Positions 47,708 to 57,807 of a DNA stretch of 64,000 nucleotides are shown in pieces. A model generated the notes under the pieces. The model saw only the letters and a list, made by a program, of their open reading frames with translations, did not search any database and was not told the DNA's origin. How positions within the stretch are numbered: position 1 is the stretch's first letter; the number at the start of each line of letters is the position of its first letter. The stretch spans positions 14,530 through 78,529 of the forward strand of contig SCQQ01000014.1 of the NCBI GenBank assembly GCA_004299095.1. The letters are read 5' to 3'. The position numbers were made by a program, and so were the translations under genes. The stretch is from Burkholderiaceae bacterium (lineage in GTDB: Bacteria; Pseudomonadota; Gammaproteobacteria; Burkholderiales; Burkholderiaceae_C).

Positions 47708-49279
47708 TCAAAACAGCCAGGCCAGCCGATAAATCAGCAACAGCGCCACCACGCCCAGCACGAAACCCACGCCCATGTAAACCACGGCCTGCAACAGGCG
47801 CGTAGTGCGGCGCTGCTCGACCAGCAACCGCATCAGATCGCGCTGCGTATCGCCTTTTTCCCCGCCCTGCAGATAACCGTGCAGCAAGCGCGGCAAATCG
47901 GGCAAGGTACGGGCGTAATACGGCGCTTGACGCTTCAATTCGCGCCAGAAGCGCTTCGGGCCCACCTGATCGAGCATCCAGCGCTCCAGGAACGGCTTGG
48001 CGGTACTCCACAGGTCCAGATCCGGATCCAGTTCGCGCCCGAGTCCCTCGATGTTGAGGAGCGTTTTCTGCAGCAGCACCAACTGCGGCTGGATCTGGAC
48101 ATTGAAGCGGCGCGAGGTCTGAAACAGCCGCATGAGCACCAGGCCGAGCGAAATTTCCTTCAACGGCCGGTCGAAATAGGGTTCGCACACGCTGCGGATG
48201 GCTGATTCCAGTTCGTCCACGCGCGTATCCGCGGGCACCCAGCCGCTTTCGATGTGCAATTCCGCCACGCGGCGGTAATCGCGGCGGAAGAACGCGGTGA
48301 AGTTCTGCGCCAGATATTCCTTGTCGTACTCGGTGAGCGTGCCGATGATGCCGAAATCGAGCGAGATGTAGCGCCCGAACGTCGCCGGCTCGACGCTCAC
48401 CATGATGTTGCCGGGGTGCATGTCGGCGTGGAAAAAGCCGTCGCGGAACACCTGCGTGAAGAAAATCGTGACGCCATCGCGCGCCAGCCGCTTGAAGTCC
48501 ACGCCCGCCTCATGCAGCTTGTCCACCTGACCGATGGGAATGCCGTGCATGCGCTCCATCACGATCACGTCGGAGCGGCACAGATCCCAGAGCATCTCCG
48601 GGATCAGCACCAGATTGAGCCCGGCCATGTTGCGCCGCAGTTGCGCCGCATTGGCTGCTTCGCGCACCAAGTCGAGCTCATCGTGCAAGTACTTGTCGAA
48701 TTCGGCCGCAACCTCGCGCGGCTTCAGGCGCTTGCCGTCGGCCGACAGGCGCTCGATCCAACCGGCCATCATGCGGATCAGGCTCAGGTCTTGTTCAATC
48801 ACCTTGAGCATGCCCGGCCGCAGCACCTTCACGGCCACCTCACGCTCGTGCCCGGCGGCGTCCGTCAAGGTCGCAAAGTGCACTTGCGCGATCGATGCGC
48901 TGGCCACCGGCTCGTGTTCGAAGCTGCTGAACAACTCGGCGATCGGCTTGCGAAACGCCTTCTCGATGATGGCCACCGCCTGCGCGCCCGGAAATGGCGC
49001 CACGCGGTCCTGCAGCAGCGCGAGTTCATCGGCGATGTCGCGCGGCAGGATGTCGCGCCGGGTCGACAGCACTTGACCGAACTTGACGAAGATCGGACCG
49101 AGGCGCTGCAGCGCCTCGCGCAAACGCTGCCCGCGCGGCGCCGACAGATCGCGCCCCATACGAACCATGCGCGCCAGCAAGCGCAGCGTCGGGCGCTGAA
49201 AACTGGTGAGCACCAGTTCGTCCAGGCCGTAGCGCAAAGCCACCCAAACGATGGTGGTGGCACGCGCAAACTGGATCAC
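47708..49279 (-). CDS. ubiB: Ubiquinone biosynthesis regulatory protein kinase UbiB
   Basis: ABC1/UbiB kinase-like motifs ([24 protein letters not shown]) and two C-terminal TM spans. GTG start overlaps the ubiJ stop. Confidence 0.92.
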   Translation of the reverse strand: MIQFARATTIVWVALRYGLDELVLTSFQRPTLRLLARMVRMGRDLSAPRGQRLREALQRLGPIFVKFGQVLSTRRDILPRDIADELALLQDRVAPFPGAQAVAIIEKAFRKPIAELFSSFEHEPVASASIAQVHFATLTDAAGHEREVAVKVLRPGMLKVIEQDLSLIRMMAGWIERLSADGKRLKPREVAAEFDKYLHDELDLVREAANAAQLRRNMAGLNLVLIPEMLWDLCRSDVIVMERMHGIPIGQVDKLHEAGVDFKRLARDGVTIFFTQVFRDGFFHADMHPGNIMVSVEPATFGRYISLDFGIIGTLTEYDKEYLAQNFTAFFRRDYRRVAELHIESGWVPADTRVDELESAIRSVCEPYFDRPLKEISLGLVLMRLFQTSRRFNVQIQPQLVLLQKTLLNIEGLGRELDPDLDLWSTAKPFLERWMLDQVGPKRFWRELKRQAPYYARTLPDLPRLLHGYLQGGEKGDTQRDLMRLLVEQRRTTRLLQAVVYMGVGFVLGVVALLLIYRLAWLF

Positions 49280-49815
49280 GGCTGGGCCTTGTCGTGCGGT
49301 GCCCTCGGACCCAGGAAGCGGTGCAATGCATCTGCCGTGCTGCGACCCACTTGTGCCAAGGCGTGGGCCGGCGCGTCACCGATCACGCGGGCCAAATCTT
49401 CTTCGGCATCCCAGCGCACATTGTCGATGAGCCAGTTGACGGTGCTGGCGAAATCGGCATCGCCTTCGATGCGGACCGCCGGCCGTTCGCCACGCGCCAG
49501 ACCGCGCACCAGTCCAAACGGCGACGTCGTGCTGATGGTCAGCAACAGGTCATGCTCGGCGACCGGCGCCAGGTCGCACAGCCCCGCGGGCGTGGCCACC
49601 AGTTGCAACCAGAACGCGCCCCATTCGACGCGCACCACGCGGCCTTGCTGAGACGCCAGGCGCGACTGCGCTTCCGGCTCCTGCATCAACACGTGATTCA
49701 AAAACAGCACCAGCCGATGCTGCAATTCATCGACCAGCCAGTCGGGCGGCTTCAACCCGGCCGCAAGGCGATTGAAAGCATCGGACAGGGGTGAAAAACG
49801 AGAGTTCTTGTCCAT
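49276..49815 (-). CDS. ubiJ: Ubiquinone biosynthesis accessory factor UbiJ (SCP2 domain)
   Basis: Position between ubiE and ubiB. The sequence looks like an SCP2 fold ([19 protein letters not shown]...). Confidence 0.7.
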   Translation of the reverse strand: MDKNSRFSPLSDAFNRLAAGLKPPDWLVDELQHRLVLFLNHVLMQEPEAQSRLASQQGRVVRVEWGAFWLQLVATPAGLCDLAPVAEHDLLLTISTTSPFGLVRGLARGERPAVRIEGDADFASTVNWLIDNVRWDAEEDLARVIGDAPAHALAQVGRSTADALHRFLGPRAPHDKAQP

Positions 49816-49992
49816 AACGTGCAATTATTCACGACGCTCGCGCCGGCGGCGGCCGGCCCACCCGTGTGCCGCTGCAAGTTCACGGCAGATCGCTACAAAG
49901 GCATCACTAGGTCCGAGGCACGCAGCGCAAGCCGGGCGTGAACGAGGCGCCGCCGATCACCCCTCGCCCGCCAAGGCCGCGTCCGCGTCGCA

Positions 49993-50727
49993 TCAGGCGC
50001 ACTTCACGCCCACGTGCAGCGCCGTCACACCCAGCGTCAGGTTGTGATAGTCCACGTGCGAAAAGCCATTGGCCTGCATCAGGGCCTTCAATTCCGCTTG
50101 CGCGGGATGCACGCGAATCGACTCGGCCAGATAGCGGTAGCTTTCGGAATCGCCGGCTACCAGACGCCCGAGGCGCGGCAGCACCTGAAACGAATACAGG
50201 TCATAGGCGCGCCGCAACGGCCGCGCCACGCGCGAGAACTCCAGCACCAGCAGGCGGCCGCCCACCTTGAGCACGCGCGCCATTTCGCGCAGCGCGGTGT
50301 CCTTGTGGGTCATGTTGCGCAAGCCGAAAGCCACGGTCACCAGATCGAAGCGGCCGTCCGGAAACGGCAGCGCCTCGGCATCGCAGGCCAGCGCGGGCAG
50401 GATAGCGCCCGCATCCAGCAGACGATCACGGCCGGTGCGCAGCATGGCTTCGTTGATGTCGGTCTGGATGACCTGACCGGCCGGGCCCACTTTTTTCGAA
50501 AACGCCAGCGCCAGATCGCCCGTGCCGCTGGCGATGTCCAGGATGCGCTGGCCGGGCTGCACGTTCGCCACCATCACGGTGTAGGCCTTCCAGAGCCGGT
50601 GCAAACCACCCGACATCAAGTCATTCATCAGGTCGTAGCGCGGCGCGACCGAATCAAACACGCCGCGCACGCGGCGCGCCTTGTCGCGCTCGTCAACCGC
50701 TTCGTAGCCGAATTGCGTGCTGGCCAT
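49993..50727 (-). CDS. ubiE: Demethylmenaquinone / 2-methoxy-6-polyprenyl-1,4-benzoquinol methyltransferase UbiE
   Basis: [28 protein letters not shown]...[12 protein letters not shown]...FGLRN. Confidence 0.92.
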   Translation of the reverse strand: MASTQFGYEAVDERDKARRVRGVFDSVAPRYDLMNDLMSGGLHRLWKAYTVMVANVQPGQRILDIASGTGDLALAFSKKVGPAGQVIQTDINEAMLRTGRDRLLDAGAILPALACDAEALPFPDGRFDLVTVAFGLRNMTHKDTALREMARVLKVGGRLLVLEFSRVARPLRRAYDLYSFQVLPRLGRLVAGDSESYRYLAESIRVHPAQAELKALMQANGFSHVDYHNLTLGVTALHVGVKCA

Positions 50728-50734
50728 CGTGCCC

Positions 50735-51145
50735 TCAGTGGTGCCCGTGGGACTGCCCGAGCACCGGCCGCATGGGGGCGTCGCGATCAACCCCCGCCTC
50801 GGCCAGGCGCTGCTCGTACTCTTGCCACAGCTTGTCTTCGTGGCTGCCCAGGTAGTAGAGATATTCCCAACTGAAGATGCCGGTCTCGTGGCCGTCCGAG
50901 AACGTCGGCTGCACCGCGTAGTTGCCGATCGGCGCGAGTGCCGTGATCTCCACTTCGCGCTTGCCGGTCTGCAGGATGCCGGGCCCGGGGCCGTGGCCGC
51001 GCACCTCGGCTGAGGGCGAATAAATCCGCATCAATTCAAACGGGAGGCGGTGGACGGTGCCATCGGGCCACTTCAGTTCCAGCACGCGCGACTTGGCATG
51101 CACGGTCACGGAACTGGGCGGGTCTTGCAATGCTGCTTGAGCCAT
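50735..51145 (-). CDS. DUF971 (gamma-butyrobetaine hydroxylase-like N-terminal domain) protein
   Basis: [31 protein letters not shown]...[26 protein letters not shown]. Only the last 136 codons of the 443-aa ORF-track entry are credible. Confidence 0.8.
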   Translation of the reverse strand: MAQAALQDPPSSVTVHAKSRVLELKWPDGTVHRLPFELMRIYSPSAEVRGHGPGPGILQTGKREVEITALAPIGNYAVQPTFSDGHETGIFSWEYLYYLGSHEDKLWQEYEQRLAEAGVDRDAPMRPVLGQSHGHH

Positions 51146-51241
51146 GGAATTGAACGTGAAAATCAATGAAATGGGGAACTGCAGATTGTGCACGCCGACA
51201 TCGAATCTGCTCGGCGGCACGGTTATAGTGCCCACCCACGC

Positions 51242-52291
51242 ATGAAAACCACCGCGCTGAACCGACCTTTTTTCCTTGCGCTGCTGATCGGCGTAACGGC
51301 GGCGTTTTTCTGGATCCTGGCGCCGTTCTTCGGCGCCATCATGTGGGCGGTCACGCTGGCGTTGTTGTTCCACCCGCTCAATCAATGGCTGGTGCGCCGC
51401 TTGGGCGGTCGCCCCACGCCAGCGGCACTGCTCACGCTGACGGTCTGCCTGGTGATCGTGATCTTGCCGATCATCATGATCGGCGCCTCGATTGCCGCCG
51501 ACGTGCTCACTTTTGTGCAGAAGGTGCGCTCCGGCCAGATCAACTACACGCAGTACTACCACCAGATCGTTGCCGCGTTGCCCGCGCGCGTGACTGACTG
51601 GTTCGTGCATTTCAACCTGTTCAACCCGCAGGCGCTGCTGGACAAGGTCTCGAGCGGCCTGCTGCAAGGCGGCCAGTTGATTGCCACGCACGCGCTGCAG
51701 GCCGGGCAGAACACGTTCGATTTCCTGGTGAATTTCGCCATCATGCTGTACCTGCTGTTTTTCCTGCTGCGCGATGGCGTCCGGCTGTCGACCCTGGTGC
51801 GCGACTCGATTCCGCTCAAGCGCGACCATACGCAGTTCCTGCTGGGCAAGTTCGCCACGGTGGTGCGCGCCACGGTCAAGGGCAACGTCGTGATCGCGAT
51901 CGTCCAGGGCGCGCTGGGCGCCATCGCCTTCTGGTTCCTCGGGCTGGGCGGCGCGGTGTTCTGGGGCGTGGTGATGGCGCTGCTTTCGCTGCTGCCGGCG
52001 ATCGGCGCGGCGCTGGTGTGGGTTCCGGTGGCGATTTATCTGCTGGCCACGCATGCCGTCTGGCAAGGCGTGGCGCTGGTCGTCTGGGGCGTGGTCGCCA
52101 TCGGCCTTTCCGACAACGTCCTGCGCCCGATGCTGGTCGGCAAGGACACCAAGCTGCCCGATTACCTGGTGCTGATCTCGACCGTGGGCGGCATGGCGCT
52201 GTTCGGCATCAACGGCTTCGTCATCGGACCGACGATTGCCGCCATGTTCATGGCCTGCTGGGCGCTGTTCAATCGGGGCCTGAATGAGTGA
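51242..52291 (+). CDS. AI-2E family transporter (PerM/UPF0118)
   Basis: 8-TM protein with ...NVVIAIVQGALGAIAFWFLGLGGAVFWGVVMALLSLLPAIGAALVWVP. Confidence 0.85.
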   Translation: MKTTALNRPFFLALLIGVTAAFFWILAPFFGAIMWAVTLALLFHPLNQWLVRRLGGRPTPAALLTLTVCLVIVILPIIMIGASIAADVLTFVQKVRSGQINYTQYYHQIVAALPARVTDWFVHFNLFNPQALLDKVSSGLLQGGQLIATHALQAGQNTFDFLVNFAIMLYLLFFLLRDGVRLSTLVRDSIPLKRDHTQFLLGKFATVVRATVKGNVVIAIVQGALGAIAFWFLGLGGAVFWGVVMALLSLLPAIGAALVWVPVAIYLLATHAVWQGVALVVWGVVAIGLSDNVLRPMLVGKDTKLPDYLVLISTVGGMALFGINGFVIGPTIAAMFMACWALFNRGLNE

Positions 52292-52515
52292 GCGCCGCGG
52301 ATAACTTCACGGCGCCGGTCGATCAACCGCAGCACCGCGCGGGACACCGACGAGAGCGCCAGCGACAAGTGGTAAAAACCCGCTTGTTGGCCCATGGCGC
52401 TGCCGTTAGGATGAGCGCCCAAAGCGCACCATCAAACCGAAGCGGACACTCGGGCTGTCGCACCCGATCACGGGAACGGCACCATTGCAACGCAAAACAT
52501 CGAGGAGCATCACAC

Positions 52516-53832
52516 ATGAAACTGATAGCCAAACTGAAACTCGGCGTGGTGGCTTTTGCCGCCGCGGCGCTGGCGCTGCCGGCACAGGCGCAAACCGAAA
52601 TCCACTGGTGGCACTCGATGACCGGTGACCTGGGCCAGTGGGTCAACGATCTGGCCGACGGCTTCAACGCCAGCCAGAAGGAATACAAGGTCATCCCGAC
52701 CTACAAGGGCAGCTACGGCGATTCCATGAACGCCACGATCGCCGCGTTTCGCGCGCACAAGGCGCCCGACATCGTGCAGATTTTTGAAGTGGGCACCGCC
52801 ACCATGATGGCCGCCAAGGGTGCGATCAAGCCGGTGGACGAAGTGATGAAAATCGGCGGGGAGAAATTCGATCCCAAGGACTACATCCCGGCGGTGGCGA
52901 GCTACTACAGCACGCCCGACGGCAAGATGCTGAGCTTCCCGTTCAACAGCTCGACCGCCGTTTTCTTCTACAACAAGGACGCCTTCAAGGCCGCGGGCCT
53001 GGATCCCGAAAAGCCGCCCCTCACGTGGCCGGACGTCTTCGCTGATGCGGCCAAACTCAAGGCGGCCGGCAACAAATGCCCGCTCACGACCAGTTGGATG
53101 AGTTGGATCCAGCTGGAAAACTTCTCGACTTGGCACGACGTGCCATTCGCCACGCTGAACAACGGCTTCGGCGGCCCGGCCGCGCGCCTGGATTTCAACG
53201 GACCGGTGCAACTGATGCACTTCACCAATTTGGCGCGACTCGCCAAGGAGGGTGAGTTCGTCTATCGCGGCCGTGGCAATGCGGCGGATTCGGCGATCAT
53301 CTCGGGCGAATGCGCCATGGACATGAATTCGTCCAGCATTTACGGCGCGCTCAGCAAACAGGCCAAGTTCAAGTTCGGCGTGTCGACCTTGCCGTACTAC
53401 CCGGACGTGCCGCACGCGCCGCAAAACACCATCATCGGCGGCGCCAGCCTGTGGGTCATGAATGGAAAATCGAACAAGGTCTACAAGGGCGTGGCAGAGT
53501 TCTTCCACTATCTGTCCGAACCCGAAGTGGCGGCCAAGAGCCATCAGCGCACCGGCTACCTGCCAGTCACGATCGCGGCCTACGAGCTGACGAAGAAATC
53601 CGGTTACTACGAGCAACATCCCGGCTCGGACGTCGCGGTCAAGCAAATGATTCGCAAGGTCACGCCGGCCACGCTGGGCATCCGGCTGGGCAACGCCAAC
53701 CAGATCCGCACCATCATCAACGAGGAAACCGAGCAAATCTGGACCGGGCAAAAAACCCCCAAGGAAGCACTGGATGCGGCGGTCAAGCGCGGCAACGAAC
53801 AACTCGTGACATTTCAGAAATCGGTCGAATAG
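52516..53832 (+). CDS. ugpB: sn-glycerol-3-phosphate ABC transporter substrate-binding protein
   Basis: Signal peptide MKLIAKLKLGVVAFAAAALALPAQA, then TEIHWWHSMTG. GAGGAG Shine-Dalgarno. First gene of ugpBAECQ. Confidence 0.88.
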   Translation: MKLIAKLKLGVVAFAAAALALPAQAQTEIHWWHSMTGDLGQWVNDLADGFNASQKEYKVIPTYKGSYGDSMNATIAAFRAHKAPDIVQIFEVGTATMMAAKGAIKPVDEVMKIGGEKFDPKDYIPAVASYYSTPDGKMLSFPFNSSTAVFFYNKDAFKAAGLDPEKPPLTWPDVFADAAKLKAAGNKCPLTTSWMSWIQLENFSTWHDVPFATLNNGFGGPAARLDFNGPVQLMHFTNLARLAKEGEFVYRGRGNAADSAIISGECAMDMNSSSIYGALSKQAKFKFGVSTLPYYPDVPHAPQNTIIGGASLWVMNGKSNKVYKGVAEFFHYLSEPEVAAKSHQRTGYLPVTIAAYELTKKSGYYEQHPGSDVAVKQMIRKVTPATLGIRLGNANQIRTIINEETEQIWTGQKTPKEALDAAVKRGNEQLVTFQKSVE

Positions 53833-53885
53833 CCGATCCAGCCAGGATGCAGGTTCCCATCTGACCCCTGCAGGCCCGAGGTTTC

Positions 53886-54770
53886 ATGGGTAAACGCGTC
53901 CTGTTTCGCTCGCGCTGGCTGCCGTGGCTGCTGCTGGCGCCGCAGGTCGCAGTCATCGTCGTCTTCTTCTTCTGGCCCGCGGTTGAAGCGATGGTGCAGT
54001 CGTTTCAATTGCAAGATCCGTTTGGGTTGCACACCGAGTGGGTCGGGCTGCAGAACTTTCAGACCTTACTGACCGACCCGCATTACCTGCACTCCTTCCG
54101 GATCACGGCGGTGTTCGCGAGTATGGTCACTTTCTCGGGGCTTGCGATCGCGTTGCTGCTTGCCGTCTATGCCGACCGCGTGGTGCGCGGGGCAACGGTC
54201 TACAAGACCATCCTGATCGTGCCGTACGCGGTGGCGCCGGTGGTGGCCGGCGTGCTGTGGGTGTTCATGTTTTCGCCGTCGATCGGAATACTCACCTACG
54301 CGCTCGCCAGGATCGGCATTCATTTCAATTACCTGCTGGACAGCGGCGACGCCATGGCGCTGATCGTGATCGCCTCCGTGTGGAAGCAGGTGTCCTACAA
54401 CTTCCTGTTTTTCCTGGCCGGCCTGCAAGCCATCCCGCGCTCGCTGATCGAAGCCGCAGCCATCGACGGCGCAGGCGCGTGGCGGCGTTTCTGGAACGTT
54501 AAATTCCCGCTGCTCTCGCCCACGACGTTTTTCCTGCTCGTGATCAACATGGTGTATGCGTTCTTCGATACCTTCGCGATCGTCGACGCCACCACGCAGG
54601 GCGGTCCAGGTCAGGACACGATGATCCTGGTCTACAAGGTCTACAACGATGGCTTCAAGAACAGCGACATCGGCGGGTCGGCGGCGCAGTCGGTGATCCT
54701 GATGGCGATCGTGATTGCGCTCACGGTAGTGCAGTTCCGCTTTATCGAGCGCAAGGTGCAATACCAATGA
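53886..54770 (+). CDS. ugpA: sn-glycerol-3-phosphate ABC transporter permease UgpA
   Basis: MalF-type permease with the EAA loop ([23 protein letters not shown]). Confidence 0.88.
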   Translation: MGKRVLFRSRWLPWLLLAPQVAVIVVFFFWPAVEAMVQSFQLQDPFGLHTEWVGLQNFQTLLTDPHYLHSFRITAVFASMVTFSGLAIALLLAVYADRVVRGATVYKTILIVPYAVAPVVAGVLWVFMFSPSIGILTYALARIGIHFNYLLDSGDAMALIVIASVWKQVSYNFLFFLAGLQAIPRSLIEAAAIDGAGAWRRFWNVKFPLLSPTTFFLLVINMVYAFFDTFAIVDATTQGGPGQDTMILVYKVYNDGFKNSDIGGSAAQSVILMAIVIALTVVQFRFIERKVQYQ

Positions 54771-54791
54771 CGCGCGCCACGGAGCCCACCC

Positions 54792-55643
54792 ATGGTTGAG
54801 CACAACCGCTGGCTCGATGTTGTCTCGCACGTGGTGTTGATCCTGGGCGTGGTGATCGTCGCATTCCCGCTCTATCTGGCGTTGATTGCCACCACGCATT
54901 CAGTGCAGGAAATCGTCCAGGCGCCGATGCCGATATTGCCCGGAACGCACTTTCTGCAGTCGTTTCGCGAAGCCCTGCGCGGCACCGGCCAAACCGCCGG
55001 CAGCAACGCGCCGGTGGCGCGCATGCTGTGGGTCAGCCTGGTGACGGCACTCATCATCACGTTCGGCAAGATCGCGATTTCGCTGATCTCGGCCTTCGCC
55101 ATCGTCTATTTCCGCTTCCGGCTGCGCAATTTCTTTTTCTGGGCGATTTTCGTCACGCTCATGCTGCCGGTAGAAGTGCGCATCGTGCCGACCTATGCCG
55201 TGGTCGCCAACCTGCACATGCTCAATACCTACGCTGGGCTGTCGGTGCCCCTGATCGCATCCGCCACCGCCACGTTCCTGTTTCGCCAGTTCTTCCTCAC
55301 GGTCCCGGAAGAACTCACTGAGGCGGCGCGCATCGATGGCGCCGGCCCGCTGCGGTTTTTCAAGGACGTGCTGCTGCCGCTCTCGAAAACCACCGTGGCG
55401 GCCCTTTTCGTGATCCAGTTCATTTACGGCTGGAACCAGTACCTGTGGCCACTGCTCACCGCCACGAGCGAAAACATGTACCCGATCGTGGTCGGCATCA
55501 ACCGCATGATCGCGGGCGGCGACACGGTCACGCCGTGGAACGTGGTCATGGCCACGGCCATCCTGGCGATGGTGCCGCCCGCGATCGTCGTGATCCTGAT
55601 GCAGAAGTGGTTCGTCAAGGGCTTGGTCGATACCGAGAAATGA
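54792..55643 (+). CDS. ugpE: sn-glycerol-3-phosphate ABC transporter permease UgpE
   Basis: MalG-type permease with the EAA loop (TEAARIDGAGPLRFFKDVLLPL). Confidence 0.88.
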   Translation: MVEHNRWLDVVSHVVLILGVVIVAFPLYLALIATTHSVQEIVQAPMPILPGTHFLQSFREALRGTGQTAGSNAPVARMLWVSLVTALIITFGKIAISLISAFAIVYFRFRLRNFFFWAIFVTLMLPVEVRIVPTYAVVANLHMLNTYAGLSVPLIASATATFLFRQFFLTVPEELTEAARIDGAGPLRFFKDVLLPLSKTTVAALFVIQFIYGWNQYLWPLLTATSENMYPIVVGINRMIAGGDTVTPWNVVMATAILAMVPPAIVVILMQKWFVKGLVDTEK

Positions 55644-55727
55644 CAAAATGACCTCGCTTCGCTTCGATGACGGCGCTGCGCGCCATGGACGCACCACCGG
55701 AACGCCGGCCCACTACGGACCGGCGCA

Positions 55728-55772
55728 TCATTTCGTCATTGAAGCCGCGTAGCGGCGAAGTCATTTCGTCAT
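55728..55772 (+). repeat. Two copies of the 12-nt direct repeat TCATTTCGTCAT (55728-55739 and 55761-55772) flanking a GCCGC-gta-GCGGC hairpin, in the ugpE-ugpC spacer
   Basis: Read directly. Both copies are complementary to ATGACAAAATGAC (55640-55652), which spans the ugpE stop codon. Confidence 0.7.
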
Positions 55773-55781
55773 CTCCCCAGC

Positions 55782-56804
55782 ATGGCATCCATCCAGTTTG
55801 ATCAGATCGTGAAGCGCTACGGCAGCGGCGCCAAGGCCGTCGAGGTCATCCACGGCGTCAGCGCCGCCATCGTCGATGGCGAATTCGTGGTGATCGTCGG
55901 TCCCTCGGGCTGCGGCAAATCGACCTTGCTGCGCATGGTGGCAGGGCTGGAAGAAGTGTCGAGCGGGACCATCAGGATCGGCGATCGGGTGGTCAACGAA
56001 CTCGAGCCCGCCAAGCGCGACATCGCCATGGTGTTTCAGAACTACGCGCTCTACCCGCACATGAGCGTGTTCGACAACATGGCTTATGGCCTGAAGATCA
56101 AGAAAGTGCCGGCGGCCGAAATCCGCACGCGCGTCGACAAGGCCGCGCAAATCCTGGAGCTTGGCGGGCTGCTCGAGCGCAAGCCGCGCGAGCTCTCCGG
56201 CGGCCAGCGTCAGCGCGTGGCCATGGGGCGCGCCATCGTGCGCGAACCGCAAGCGTTCCTGTTCGACGAGCCGCTTTCAAACCTGGACGCCAAGCTGCGC
56301 GCGCAAACCCGGCTCGAAATCGAAAAGCTGCACCGCGAGCTCGGCGTGACCAGCCTGTTCGTCACCCACGACCAAGTCGAGGCCATGACGCTGGCCGAGC
56401 GCATGATCGTGATGAACGCGGGGCGCATGGAGCAATTCGGCACGCCCGACGATGTGTACCACCATCCGGCCAGCACCTTCGTGGCCGGCTTCATCGGCGC
56501 GCCGCCCATGAATCTGCTCACCGGCGTGGAAGGCGTGCGCGAGGGCGTGATCTTGGGCATCCGGCCCGAGCACTTGCGCGTGGTCGATTCCGGTACCTGG
56601 CCGGTGCTGGTCGACAGCGTAGAAATGCTGGGTGCGGAGCGGCTGATTTACGGCCACCTGCACGGCGCCCAGGGGCCGTTCATGATCGTGCGCATCGCCG
56701 CCACCGAGGGCGCGCCAGTGCCCGGCCAAACGCTCTACGTCCAGCCGCTCAACGATTGCATCCACGGCTTTGATGCCAACACGGGCTTGCGCATCGCCGC
56801 ATAG
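55782..56804 (+). CDS. ugpC: sn-glycerol-3-phosphate ABC transporter ATP-binding protein UgpC
   Basis: [34 protein letters not shown], and a MalK-like C-terminal regulatory domain. An in-frame stop at 55740 fixes ATG 55782 as the start. Confidence 0.9.
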   Translation: MASIQFDQIVKRYGSGAKAVEVIHGVSAAIVDGEFVVIVGPSGCGKSTLLRMVAGLEEVSSGTIRIGDRVVNELEPAKRDIAMVFQNYALYPHMSVFDNMAYGLKIKKVPAAEIRTRVDKAAQILELGGLLERKPRELSGGQRQRVAMGRAIVREPQAFLFDEPLSNLDAKLRAQTRLEIEKLHRELGVTSLFVTHDQVEAMTLAERMIVMNAGRMEQFGTPDDVYHHPASTFVAGFIGAPPMNLLTGVEGVREGVILGIRPEHLRVVDSGTWPVLVDSVEMLGAERLIYGHLHGAQGPFMIVRIAATEGAPVPGQTLYVQPLNDCIHGFDANTGLRIAA

Positions 56805-56879
56805 CCCCTTCTCTCTTCCGTTCTGGCACGTACCGTTGCGGCGACCGTGTCATCGCTTTCGACACGCACACACAAAACC

Positions 56880-57635
56880 ATGTCCCACCCCATCATCTCC
56901 GATTGGCCCTACCCATTCTGGATTGCGCACCGCGGCGCCGGCCACCTCGCGCCCGAAAACACGCTGGCCGCCTTCCGCCTCGGCGCACGCTACGGTTACC
57001 GCATGTTCGAATGCGATGCCAAGCTCTCGGCTGACGGCGTCGTATTCCTCATGCACGACACCGAGCTCGACCGCACCACCAACGGCCACGGCGTGGGGGG
57101 TGAGCACCCCTGGTCGGAACTGGCACGACTCGATGCCGGCACCTGGCATTCGCGCAGCTACGCGGGCGAGACCATTCCGACGCTGGAAAACGTCGCGCGC
57201 TATTGCCGTGCCAACGACTGGCTCATCGACATCGAGATCAAACCCACGCCAGGTGCGGAAGAAAAAACCGGGCACGCCGTGGCCGAGCTGGTCCAGCGCG
57301 CGTGGCAAGGTGCGCCGCACCCGCCCTTGCTCACGTCATTCCGGCCAGAGTCGCTGGTGGGTGCGAAGAAAGCCGTGCCCGAACTGCCCCGCGGCCTGTT
57401 GCTGGATACGCTCTGGGACGGCTGGTTCGACATCGCCCGGCAATTGGAGTGCGTCGCCATCGTCTGCAACCACACCCTGTGGAACGCGCGCACCGTGGCC
57501 CAAACCAAGGCCGCCGGCTGGCGCGCCCTGAGCTACACCGTGGACGACAAACCGGAAGCCGGGCGGCTGATCGACCTCGGCACCGACGGCATCGTGACCA
57601 ACCGCGTGGATCTGTTCAGTCCCGCCGCCCGTTGA
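56880..57635 (+). CDS. ugpQ: Glycerophosphodiester phosphodiesterase UgpQ
   Basis: IAHRGAGHLAPENTLAAF...FECDAKLSADGVVFLMHD...IEIKP are the GDPD motifs. Confidence 0.88.
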   Translation: MSHPIISDWPYPFWIAHRGAGHLAPENTLAAFRLGARYGYRMFECDAKLSADGVVFLMHDTELDRTTNGHGVGGEHPWSELARLDAGTWHSRSYAGETIPTLENVARYCRANDWLIDIEIKPTPGAEEKTGHAVAELVQRAWQGAPHPPLLTSFRPESLVGAKKAVPELPRGLLLDTLWDGWFDIARQLECVAIVCNHTLWNARTVAQTKAAGWRALSYTVDDKPEAGRLIDLGTDGIVTNRVDLFSPAAR

Positions 57636-57793
57636 TTCGAGAGCGCCGCCTCATGCTGCGCGACCCGCAACTGATGGCGTGTGTCTCGCACGTGTTCATC
57701 GCCCGAATCGGACCATTCCTCGGCGACGTCCTCCCAAGAAGCACGGATTGCATGGAACCCCGCGCTACCCCTGCAATGCGCACCCGCGAAATT

Positions 57794-57799
57794 TATAAT
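57794..57799 (+). promoter_or_regulatory. Consensus -10 hexamer TATAAT, 8 nt upstream of the hemA ATG (possible leaderless transcript)
   Basis: Read directly (aaatttataatcacccccc-ATG). A weak -35-like CTGCAA sits 17 bp upstream. There is no Shine-Dalgarno sequence. Confidence 0.35.
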
Positions 57800-57807
57800 C
57801 ACCCCCC

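Noticed and set aside
51146-52066. Upstream 300 codons of the 443-aa minus-strand ORF 50735-52066.
   Set aside because: Only the last 136 codons (DUF971, from ATG 51145) look like protein. The remainder is His/Arg/Gln-rich and antisense to the well-supported AI-2E transporter gene.
52455-52471. Possible Pho box (CTGTCGC-acc-CGATCAC) upstream of ugpB.
   Set aside because: The second half-site matches the CTGTCAT-type consensus at only 5 of 7 positions. The repeat spacing is 10 rather than 11 bp. This is too weak to call without a matrix scan.
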